From positions 15,624,001 through 15,688,000 of the forward strand of contig JBHGNT010000016.1 of NCBI GenBank assembly GCA_043228905.1: a DNA stretch of 64,000 bases, written 5' to 3'. Positions within the stretch are counted from its first letter, which is position 1; each line of letters starts with the position of its first letter. The translations under genes and the position numbers were made by a program. The DNA is from Azolla caroliniana. Its lineage: Eukaryota; Plantae; Polypodiophyta. The notes beneath the pieces were generated by a model. That model was not told the origin of the DNA, did not search any database, and was given only the letters and a program-made list of their open reading frames with translations. This document shows positions 11,306 through 22,025 of the stretch, one piece after another.

Positions 11306-13340
11306 TCACCGAGGTCGAGTGAGTGAGTCCATGTATTCCTCGGACGTGGAGATTTCCATATATTTATAAGGTATCTTGCCACTAAAAAACGAGTTCCTGG
11401 ACTTGCTCATCATCCAGGGGGTGGTTCTGTCTTTCCAAGACTCTCCATCCAGGGACCATTGATGTCTGTGTTGCTGTAGCTTTAGCTCTTCTAGCCCATT
11501 CCCATCCCTCCTCATCTTCTCGCTCGGAAAGAGCTCCATCTGTTCATAATAATCAATGGGAGCATGGGGTATGGCAGCCACTTTCCCTTCGAGCATCTGC
11601 ACCACACTACTCATGCTCGGCCGGCTCCTCGGATCGGTTTGCAGACACAACATGGCTACCTCCACCATCCTCAACGCTTGCTCCTCATCGTATATCTTCA
11701 CACCTATTATGTAGTTCATGAGTCTATCGTCCACCAGCTCCATCACACCCTCTCCACGACTCGATCTCATCTCCAGCCTCTGCCTCAATGCCCTCCAATC
11801 TTTCACTCTCTTCCCGCACACGATCTCCAGCAACACAATCCCGTAGCTGTAGACATCACACTTCTCGGTGATGGCCCCCTCCGTTAGCCACTCGGGCGCC
11901 AAGTACCCGGGGGTTCCCCTCATCATGGTCACCACTTCAGTCTGTTCACTCCGTACCACCCTCCGGGACATCCCGAAATCCGATATCTTCGGGAAGAAAT
12001 CGGCTCCCAAGAGTATGTTCTGCGGCTTGAGATCCATGTGTATGATTCTGTCCTCACATTCTTCATGCAAATAGGCCAAGCCCTTTGCGGTACCCAGGGC
12101 TATAGCGAACCTGCGCTCCCATGACAAGATCGGTGTCTGCTTCTTACTGAAGATCCAAGCATCCAAAGAGCCGTTTTCCATGTATTCATACACCAGGAGC
12201 TTGTGCGTGGCACCTTCCAGGCAGAAGCCAACCAAGCGAACCAGTTGAAGATGGTGAGTCCGGCCCAGAATTGAGACCTCGGCTATGAATTCTTTATTAC
12301 CCTGTTGACTTCCATCGATGAGTTGCTTCACGGCTATGGGCGTGCCATCCTCCATAGCTCCTCGGAAGACATTGCCGAAACCACCACCCCCAAGCGGGTC
12401 CGAGAAACCACAAGTATATTCATGCATCTCCTTCCATGTGAATCGTCGGGGCTTTGAGCTCAGAAGTGAGTCACCCAGGAGCTCCTTTTCGATCTCATAA
12501 TCTTCCCGTTTTCTGGCTTGTAATCTTCGTCTCCTGTGCACATATCCCCCACCCACCAATAAGGCGATGATAAAGACAAAAATAGCTAACGATACTCCTA
12601 TTTTGATGGGTGTGGTTAGAGTACTTGGTGAAGAAGTATTTGGGTCCTGTATGAATTTCAAGTATCCGATGAATTCGTCCTTAGTTGCAGAAGCGTTGAA
12701 TATGATGGTAGCTACGGGACCCTGGATGAGGAAACATCTTGAACCATTCGGTTTTGACTCCCAGAATGCGGCAGTGCAAGAGCAGTTGTTCTTACAATGA
12801 TTTTCCCAGCAGACTTGAGCATCGAGTCCGGTGTGGTCAGGAGTGAGAAAAGCATTGGAGAAGTAGCTGGCCCCTCCTATGATTGAAGCATCGTTGCTTC
12901 CTTGGCCACAAGAAGAAGGGTGTGGTTCCCTTTTGCCATCGCCTGCCTTGAACTTGCAGCCTAATTTAGAGTTATTGTTGGAATCCTGGAGCTCTAATTC
13001 ATTCCACCCACCGCAATCCTGTGTGCAATTTTGCTTCTCTATGTCACACACACCATAGAATCCGCAGAAGAGAGGCAATTGGCATGGCTTTATATAGCTG
13101 GTTTCGGAGAGCCTGGTGAATTCTTGCCAGACCGCAATGCTGTTGGGATATCTGGTATCATTGATCGTGTACGCGTGAAGGTCTCCATCACTCTCCAGCC
13201 TGAGGAATGTGGCAAATGTTATGTTGAAGCTGCCACCGTGAATATCAGCATCCTCGAATATGATTATTGGCTTTGACTTGTTGGCTCGCCTACTGCACGC
13301 ATCTGGTGAGATTTGGTTGTAGTTTGAAATTACATCGGAA
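11306..13340 (-). CDS. G-type lectin S-receptor-like Ser/Thr kinase (SD2-like), exon 2: EGF-like/PAN region, TM helix, kinase
   Basis: CQLPLFCGFYGVC, CKNNCSC, TM IGVSLAIFVFIIALLVGGG, LGGGGFGNVF, IAVK, HMDLKPQN, DFG, GTPGYLAPE. The frame is open upstream of the track start as far as the AG acceptor at 13341-13342. Confidence 0.93.
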
Positions 13341-13442
13341 CTGTATGAGTTTGATTAAATCTTTATGTCAATGAGATTTTCTAACTACTATACATTTTAT
13401 GTGGAATCCGGAGGGAATTCATTACAAATTCTTAATACTAAC
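13341..13442 (-). other. 102-bp phase-2 GT-AG intron of the kinase gene
   Basis: Minus strand reads GG|GTTAGT...TCATACAG|T. Splicing joins the two ORFs in frame (GG+T = Gly), giving 1044 aa. Confidence 0.85.
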
Positions 13443-14542
13443 CCGTCGATTGCTGATGGAACAATATCCAATTGGAGACTGCCGGGGTGGTTCGGATACC
13501 AGCACAATACTGCTGCTGCTGCAGGATCATAGGAGCGAATCATTTCTTGTGTAGCATTGACAGACCAAACCAGATAAGGATGTCCGTATCTGCCGTAGTC
13601 TGCAGCACTATTAGAGGTATTGTTATTCAAGGCTTTGTATTGGATCTTGGTGTAGAGCGTTAGGGTCCCGTTGTTGTCAATGGCTAGCGTGTAGATGGCC
13701 GTTTTGTTGGTAGATTCTGTGGTGGAGGCGGCAGTGAGATTCATCCCAGGCCGAAGGGCTTGCAGCACCATGAGCGTGTCGGTGGGATGATCGTAAGATT
13801 GCCACAGTATCTGCTGTTTCAGTGTAGAGTCGGTAGGAAGTGTAGTGTTAGTGAAGAGGACCAGGTTTCCCTCATACGTGATGCTCAGGTATGCATTGAT
13901 ATAACCGAGCGTATCCGTCTGCCACACCACCGATCCGTTGCTGTCGTAATCCACGAGCTTGAGATTGCTATCGTCAGGGGAGAGGTGGAGGCAGGCGTTC
14001 TCGCCCACAGGGCTGCCCACGTTGGCCGTCCACACCACTTTCCCTTTGTTCGTGTCCTGGGCCGCCTTCCCGTAGGCTTTGTAGGCGACGAGGGAGAGGT
14101 AGTAGGAAGGGGTGCTGGCATTGCTCCTTCTGCACAGCTCGTCCGCGGAGATGACGAAGTAGAGCTGGAAGTAGAGAGTGTAGGCCATGGACATATGTCC
14201 CGAGTAAACCGAAGTTGCGCGACCGTACAGCCTGTCCTGGCTACTCAATCCTTGTAGAAGGGATCCGTTGTTGCAGGAGAGAATCGAGTATCTGTTGTAG
14301 TAACTGGTGGATAAGTAGGTCAGATTATTGGCGGAGTAGGAGAAGAGGCTGTCGTTGAGATTGGAGGAGGGGAAGTGGTAGGTCTCCAAAGCAGCAGCAA
14401 CGTGAGGAATGGATGATGTTGTTATGGACGTTAATAATATAAGTAAACACGTGGTCGTGATGCTGCAGCAGCAGGATACCCTCCAAACGACATGAAGTGG
14501 GTAATCCTTACATGAATTATTAGCCAAGCACTCCATCTCCAT
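13443..14542 (-). CDS. G-type lectin S-receptor-like kinase, exon 1: signal peptide and bulb-type lectin domain
   Basis: Hydrophobic N-terminus; VVWTAN...PV, NLKLVD, VVWQT, GNLVL and LWQSYDHPTDTL are B-lectin motifs. Confidence 0.92.
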
Positions 14543-14709
14543 TAGCCTCTCATATCACACACGTGGACACAATTGTCTCTCTTGTGTGTACGCGCGTGCC
14601 CCCGTGTGGGTGTGTGTTCATATAACCCACATGTTTGAGTTATAAGAAGATGGACGACCTCTCTTGTCAATGCCAATGTTTGACTTGTTTTTGTTTTTGC
14701 CATTGTAAT

Positions 14710-14771
14710 TAGCTTACCCTAGTGGTAAGTTTGTTATACTATTAGTATTGTGTTTTGGGTTCGAAACCCAA
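14710..14771 (+). other. Degenerate tRNA-like (SINE-head-like) A/B-box module in the kinase promoter
   Basis: tagcttaccctagtggta (A-box-like) and ttggg-TTCGAAA-cccaa (5-bp stem, 7-nt T-loop); no full cloverleaf. Confidence 0.45.
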
Positions 14772-15316
14772 ATTTCTTAATTCCCTATTACTTCAAACAT
14801 ACCTTAATTTTTGGGTTTCTCAATTCTCTATTACTTCAAACATACCTTCATTCACTAGATGCCAGTGTGGAGTGTAGGGGCTGAGTTGTTCTCTTATGGC
14901 AAGAAGTATTGTGTGATCACAAGAGTGCATACACTCCTTCCACGTTCGCTAAATTAAGAGAAGATGATGAAGTAGTGCAAGCCAACATAATATTCATCAT
15001 ATATCAAAATCGTAGTTTGCTTGCGTTTATGAGCGTTGACTTTGAGAAATGGTTATTTGGGTACTCCCCTCTAAGAATAAAAGTTGTAGTAAATGATGTG
15101 TATATTATTCAATATCATGTTTGAAATTGTTTACAACAGCATAATGGTGATGAAGCATGATGCTTCAACTTTCTCCCCACTCTCTTTACACTCTCTTCTT
15201 GTTGCTCTTTATCTCTCTAAGTTGGTTCATTGCTTACAAGTACTCTTACAAAACTATTATATACCCAACATTGACATTCGAAAGAGGAGATATCTCAAGA
15301 AACTATTGGATTCCCA

Positions 15317-15616
15317 ATATTGACTTTGAGAAAAGGAGAAGCCTTAAAAAACTATCTTATTCCAAGGTTGACCTTGGGAATTATAGGGGATGCCTTAAAA
15401 AACTACCTTATTCCCAACATTGACTTTGGAAAAAGGAGAAGCCTTAAAAAACTATCTTATTCCAAGGTTGACCTTGGGAATTATAGGGGATGCCTTAAAA
15501 AATTACCTTGTTCCCAACATTGACTTTGAAAAAGGAAAAGCCGTAAAAAACTATCTCATTCCAAGGTTCACCTTGGGAATTTTAGGGGATGCCTTAAAAA
15601 ACTACCTTATTCCCAT
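15317..15616. repeat. 100-bp tandem repeat x3 (plus a degenerate half unit from ~15265) carrying W-box motifs
   Basis: Exact 100-bp period. TTGACT at 15320, 15420 and 15520; TTGACC at 15368 and 15468 inside the inverted repeat CCAAGGT-TG-ACCTTGG. Confidence 0.92.
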
Positions 15617-15617
15617 T

Positions 15618-15758
15618 TGTTGAGAATCAAACTCAACTCCCATGTGTGGGAACACACTTTAGCATACTCAAGTGTGTGACCACCCCACCTCCTTGTATAG
15701 TAACTAGTGTGTCATAGAAGTTAATATCCTATGACACATATTCTTTAAGTAGTTAAGA
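15618..15758 (+). mobile_element. Truncated copia LTR (U3 part)
   Basis: tgttgagaatcaaactcaact matches the reverse complement of the end of LTR 8225-8640. Confidence 0.65.
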
Positions 15759-15896
15759 CTCGACCTCTTTCCCAAGAGGCGCCTCTAGTGAGAGAATCTA
15801 GAGAGAAGGTGACTACATAAGCGCCTTCTCCTTCTCTTTGTAACTGTTGGTCATTCTTGTTTCCTTGTATTACAGTTTTTTGTTTTTCTATAATCT

Positions 15897-15949
<53 letters not shown>

Positions 15950-15959
15950 TTGTAATTGT

Positions 15960-16300
15960 TGGTCATTCTTGTTTCCATGCATTGAGATGTGAGATGGGGC
16001 ATTGGGGCATAAGTGATGAGAGTGGTCGGCTATGCACACTTTGCCCTAAACAAGTTCACGAGTCTGAGTATCACACTTTGATTGATAGAATGCTCTACCT
16101 TTGATCATATTCGACCATGCTTTCCACATCTCTTCGATCGAGCCCAATCCTTGCATTAATTTCTCTCTCAACCACAATGTGCACTCACGATTGCAGCATT
16201 CATTGGTAAAGTTCTTGAACATCAAGAGTCACTACTCACTTTCACACATATCACGTGAAATGTACTAATATTTTTTGGTCTCATAGGCCATATTTGACCT
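15960..16300 (+). mobile_element. 3' remnant of a non-L1 LINE (RTE-X/L2-like C-terminal Cys/His motif)
   Basis: HALRCEMGHW...RLCTLC...ESEYHTLI-C..FDHIR matches the HxLxxExGRW..RxCxxC..ExExH...C pattern of LINE ORF2 C-termini. Confidence 0.55.
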
Positions 16301-16356
16301 CTGAAGACGATAATATAATCTATCTATCAATTAATCTCTCTCTCTCTCTCTCTCCA

Positions 16357-17984
16357 TGAACGGAATAGCACTCGGCCACAACCGAGTCTTAAACACTATT
16401 TGGAAGAAATAAAATTAAAATGAAGTTTAGTGCACCTACACAGAATGAGACAACACTAGATGTTAACGTGGAAAACCCTAATCGGGAAAAACTACGGGTG
16501 CCCACGGACTCCAACTATCACTATGAGAGGCAGGATACAATGAGAGACTTAGAGGCAACGACCTCAAGCTCTATGTCTTCGCCAACCGGTGGTTACAACA
16601 GAAAAATACTTTCTGTTTTTCTCTCGCACTCACACTCTATCTCTCTCTGTGTACAACAAGAAGAATGACAACCACTCAACAACACATAAAGTAATTGCCC
16701 TAAGTCATATTTATAATTATATGACTTCAGGATTATTTACAAATATAGCCATGAAAAGCACACTAGAAAACATATTTACAGATATGTCTCTGGATCCGGT
16801 TCACACCGGATCCATCTGAATACCTTCCGGATCCATCTGATCCAAATTCCGGATCTTTTCTTTTGCTCGTCCAATCCAGGTCCTCCGGTTCTCATCCAGG
16901 TACCATCCGGAGGGACCGTATTCCCAACAGACTTCCCCCTTCACTCCGGCATGGGATGTCTCGTTAGTCTGATCCATCTCCGGCACGCATCCAGCTTGTC
17001 GGTTGAGAACACCTTGGTCAACATGTCCGATCTATTATCTTCCATGTGGATCTTTGTTAGTGTGAAGTCTTGGCCTTCTACCTTCTCCCGGAGCCAATGA
17101 TACCTCCTCTAGATGTGCTTGGTCTGGGAATGATAGGCCATGTCCTTAGCGAGGTGGATGGCACTCTGACTATAGCAATAGAGCCGGAATTCCTCTTGCC
17201 GAATCCCTAGCTCTCGGATGAAGTCCTTCATCCAAATCACCTCTTTGCCAACTTCCAAAGCTGCCATGTATTCCGCTTTCGTTGTTAACAATGCAACGGA
17301 CTTCTGTTGCGTCGACTGCCACGATATGGTTCCCCTTGCATACGTCATGACATATCCAGATGTAGATCGGCTGGTGTCCGCATAAGCCGACATGTCTGAA
17401 TCAGTGAAGCCTTCCAATAAGGGTTTACTGGAGCCGAATCGGAGGCACATAGACGAGGTGCCTTTGAAGTACCGGCGTATCCACTTGACAACAACCTAGT
17501 GCTCCTTTCCTGGATTTCTCATAAACCAACTGACCAATCCGATTGCATATCCAATATCCGGTGTAGTGCACACCATCCCCTACATCAAGCTTCCGACATC
17601 AAAGGCATATGGTATCTTCATCATCTTCGAGTTCTCCCCCTTGGTCTTCGAACTTTGCTTTCTCAACAACCTACAGTTCGTCGGAAGTGTCGACCCGACC
17701 GGCTTCGCATCCGCCATGTTGAACCTCTAAAGCACCTTTGTCACGTACTTCTCTCGTGACAACCACAACAACTTCTTTGTTCAGTCCCGGATTACGTGCA
17801 TCCCTAAGATCTGTCTCGCCGGACCCATATCTTTCATTCAGAAGGACCGGCTCAGGGACTTCTTCAACATTCCAATTTTGGATTAGTCTTGTCCAACAAT
17901 TAGCATGTCGTCGACTTACAACAGGAGTATCAGGAAGTCGCCTACATCAAATTTCTTCACAAATACATAGTGGTCGGCTTGCGT
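16357..17984 (-). mobile_element. 3' end of a copia element: 3' LTR 16357-16929, PPT, RNase H/RT remnant; interrupted at 17985
   Basis: LTR of the same family as 187-686. Minus strand shows PPT agggggaag next to the LTR, plus GFTDSDM, TTKAEY and SQTKHI motifs. Confidence 0.88.
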
Positions 17985-19690
17985 TGTCACGAAGATTCGC
18001 GTGCGCGTGTGCTACTTGAGCAGGACCTCTGGGGTCTTAGACTAGGGAGGACATTCGCCAAGTTATTGAAAAGAGGACGATGTCAATTTTAAGAGTCGAG
18101 GAAACACTATTACAATTCTAGCACCTTCATCACTCGATATTTCGAACACAACGTTTGTTCCGAAATGCTCATCCACTCTTAAGGAGGCATTTCCCGCTGC
18201 CGAGTCTTTGGCCTTTCTCTTGACCGCATACCTTCTCCCATGGTACTATCATATTGGCCTTTGTATTGGCCGTATCATTACTCTGCATTTTTTGGAAGGT
18301 CTCTTCTTCCTCGATCACCATCTGCCTCCGTTTTCACTCCCTCTGAAGCTTCTCTTCAACCTCAACTTGTGCCTTTAAGCTCTTGAATGCCTCTCTCATA
18401 AAAACTTCTATCTCGAGTAATGTTGAACCTTCCCTCTTCGATCTTTCTTCCTTTGATGGTAGTATGTAGTCGCATCCGTCATGGGTTGAGTTGTTGCCAA
18501 TGAGAATCTCGTCTTCCTCTTTTCGTGTAGTTGGCATACTCTTTCCACTTTGATCCAATCCTCGGTGAGGCCATTAGCACCGTAATCTTCTTCGAGTTTG
18601 AGTCCGATTTACCTGCAATATAGCCACAAACGAAGTCAGTAAGAACTTCATCCCCCCTTTCAACCTTATTGGCCCAAGGGTCACATTTATTAACCAAAAT
18701 AAACTTCCCTCACATCCCTATACCACAATCAGCGCTGGACACCATCCACCATATATGTTGGATCCACATACTTCAGTACCGACTTTCGACAGGAACCAGC
18801 CACCAACTCACAACGAACGCTGATGCGACCAGTACCATTCACAATTACAAGCATGGCCGCCACTCCATCTTCGACCTGGTAACGACCATATCTATGGAAA
18901 TGGAAACGGAAACCATCATACATACCCATTCTCCCACACATGTATTATGAAGAAAACAATGTCTCCCACCTACGTAACCCTAATCTTCCCCACTCCTCTC
19001 TCCCCCCACGCAACCTCTCTGTACAAACAACTCCCTCCTCCTCCTCCTCCTCCCCCCCCCCCCCCCTCCCTCTTTCTCTCACATGTTCCCCCATCATCCT
19101 CCTCCTACCCCCTTTTTACTTTCTAAATATTACATGGATACCCCCTCCCCCTTTTTGTCTAATTCTAACTCTACCCACCCCCCTTATGTTGAAGAATTCC
19201 ATTCAAACCCCCCACAAATTTCTTCCATTTATCACTCTACACCTCCCCCATTATCATCTAATTTTCATAATGCCCTTCCCCACCTTTTTTCAAATCCTTA
19301 CCCTACCCATACCCCTTTAATTAGCCCACATCACTCTCATTATACTTATCATTCCCCCCCCAACACATCCTCCATATTCAACTCATCTCCCCCCTACACA
19401 TCCTCCATATTACACTAACCCCCCCCCCCCCCCCCCCCCCCCTTTCTTCCTAACACAAAAACCCCCAACTTTTATTCTAACACTTCCTCACATAAAAACT
19501 ATAAACACTATAAAAATACATCAAAACCTTGTCTTCCCCCAAAACCACTAGGAGACCCACAATCTAGTAGACCAAAAAACGGTTAGCTAGGCGTGCTAAA
19601 CGCGTTAACAAACGGTTTAGACACGCCGTACACCCTAGCAAACGTTTATTCTACCTACTTAATAGATCCCCCTCCACCCAAGACACATAT

Positions 19691-21573
19691 ATGTGGTTTG
19701 GGGGAAAACAGAAACTATTTCCCTTCCTTCCACACCCCAAATCCCGAAATAAAAAACCTAGAACCAACTTCTGGAAACCTCTTACTAGTACACAAGTAAT
19801 TCATAGTAAAATCCATAACCTCTCTAAACATAACCTCACTAAAAATGAAACACAATTGCTAAACCTAGGCCTTAAGTATATCCCACCATCCCCACCTCCC
19901 TCCCCCAACAATATCCTAAAAGAATTCACCCACCTCTCTAGATCCCTCAAGCTAAAACATTTGTTTAGAAATACACCTTCACTTCCACTCAACCCCTTCA
20001 AACTACCTAACCCTAGTTGGATGCCACCCATGGAATATCCACCCCTAATCTCCATAATAGAAAAACACCAACACATCCTTAACCAAATAGCACACAACAC
20101 TAAGCCCATAAACACTAGAATCCAATACCACCTCTCTAGAGCCTTTAAAAGCCTCCAACACAACAAACACATTATCATCCTCCCAGCCGATAAAAATATG
20201 GGAGTATGTGTTCTAGATAAAGACACATACTACACCAAAGCCATAGAACACCTCTTGAATTCTACCACCTATAAGAGAGTCAGCCACTTCCCCTTGGAAG
20301 AGTTACTATACCGCCTTAATAACATAATAACAAACCACTTAGGTACACTTTCCTCAATTGAAGCTAATTTCATCCTCCACAAACCCAAAAAAGGATATCA
20401 AGTATCCAACCTCTATTTCCTCCCTAAATTACACAAAACACCTATGGGTTTTCGGCCCATTTGTTCATATAATAACTCCTTATTTGAACAAACATCGAAG
20501 TGGTTACACCACCAACTTCTACCAATCCTCCTTCTCCAACCACAATATCTAAAAGACTCTCACACACTAATCCAATCACTAGAAAACCTACACCCACCAT
20601 CTAATAGTTTCTTATTCACGTTTGACGTTGAATCTCTCTATCCTAGTATCCCCCCTAAGCTAGGACTCCAAGCCCTATGTAGTCTAATCATCCCCCACTT
20701 TTCCCCTTCGAAAACAAATCTCATCTATACCCTTAGTGCCCTTATTTTAGAATATCACTATCTCACTTTCGATGACGTAGTTTACCAACAAATAAAAGGT
20801 ACGACCATGGGTAGCAACTATTCAGTCATATATGCATGCCTCTTTTTAGTATATCTCGAAAACTTACAACCATCGCACCCCCCCATCTGTTCTACTTCAC
20901 GCGCTATATTGATGATGCATTTGGGGTCTGGACAGGCACCAAATCTCAACTTTTAGAATATCTCGACTTTTACCCTTTCCACACAAATAACTCCATCAAG
21001 CTTACCATTCAAACTTCTCCCTTTTAGCCTCCCTTTCAACTACCTTTTTTAGACATATGGATCAACCTCCAAAATTCATCTTTTTTATTCAATTGTTTTC
21101 AAAAACCTCTCAATTCATACCAATACTTGCCTTTTTCATCGGATCATCCTTCCCATACAAAACAACACTTTATCACTAATGAAGTGAAGAGATATCTCAT
21201 TAAAGAAAGCACCCCATTAGGTTTCTACCAAATGAAAAAACTCTTTTTCAATAGACTAGTTAACTGTGGTTACCCTCCGTCCTTTATACTAAAAAGCTAT
21301 AAGAAAATACCTTTTAATCTTAGAAAAACACTCCTATATCAACCCAAAACTATTACTTCCCTTAACCCCACAATCTTTAAACTTAGATACACCAAACATA
21401 CCCCCAAACTAGGCATTCATAGTTTTCTAAAAAATCTCTATAATGACTTAATGTTAGATCCCGAGCTTACAAGCATCTGACACCCTTTCGTATGTTGGAC
21501 AAAATCTAAGTCCTTACATGCCCTCCTAGTTAAGACTAAGTTTTCAAAAAATCCACCAAAATCCCCCACTTAA
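19691..21573 (+). pseudogene. PLE reverse transcriptase (frameshifted, with premature stops)
   Basis: NLS..LT..E..LL.LGLKY.P; IIILPADK; LYFLPKLHK..GFRPICS; FDVESLYPSIP; QIKGTTMGS; RYIDD; S.HP...K thumb; GYPP; ends PFVCWTKSKSLHALLVKTKFSKNPPKSPT*. Confidence 0.9.
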
Positions 21574-21733
21574 AACTAAGTTTTCAAACAATCCACCAAA
21601 ATCCCCCACTTAAAACTAAGTTTTCAAAAAATCCACCCAAATCCCCCACTTAAGACTAAAGTTTCAAACAATCCACCCAAATCCCCCACTTAACACCAAG
21701 TTTTCAAATAATTCACCCACATCCCCCACTTAA
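21531..21733. repeat. 40-bp tandem repeat x5 at the PLE ORF end
   Basis: taa(g/a)actaagttttcaaa(a/c)aatccacc(a/c)aaatcccccact starts at 21531, 21571, 21611, 21651 and 21691. Confidence 0.95.
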
Positions 21734-21970
21734 TATTATCCTAAATCCCCCTTTTTCATCACATTAAGAACTCCCCCCTCACCATCATCATTATACTAAT
21801 TCCCCCTCTCTCATTCCCTATCACTTTCCTACACACATTTCTCTCTTTCTCTCTCTCATCACCACATTCTATTCTATCTCATCTACTACACAAATCAAAT
21901 CCTCCCCACTACTTTTCTCTCACTCCCTCTTCCTTCCCACCCCTTTATAAATCACATTCTCTTGTTGTAA

Positions 21971-22025
21971 TGGTCTTTGCATTGAAGAGCTCCACTATTG
22001 AGCGAAACTAGTTTGCCTAAGACCA
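21971..22025 (+). ncRNA. Minimal type I hammerhead ribozyme (core C3U variant)
   Basis: Stem I TGGTCTT-t-GCA / TGC-ct-AAGACCA; core TTGAAGA; stem II GCTC-cactatt-GAGC; GAAA; palindromic CTAG stem III; GTT cleavage triplet. TTTATAAA lies ~20 bp upstream. Confidence 0.8.

Noticed and set aside
11306-14542. Two separate genes, or a frameshifted pseudogene
   Set aside because: A canonical 102-bp GT-AG intron joins the ORFs in frame.
14710-14771. Functional tRNA genes (also 23667, 23792, 26652, 48571)
   Set aside because: Only A/B boxes and T-arm remnants; acceptor and anticodon stems do not pair.
15265-15616. CRISPR-like array (palindromic repeats at regular spacing)
   Set aside because: The intervening sequences are also repeated (plain 100-bp tandem repeat), there are no cas genes, and the context is eukaryotic.
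19691-21573. Telomerase (TERT) gene or group II intron maturase
   Set aside because: No TERT T/CP motifs or introns; the PADK, LPKLHK and S.HP motifs plus the hammerhead fit a PLE.
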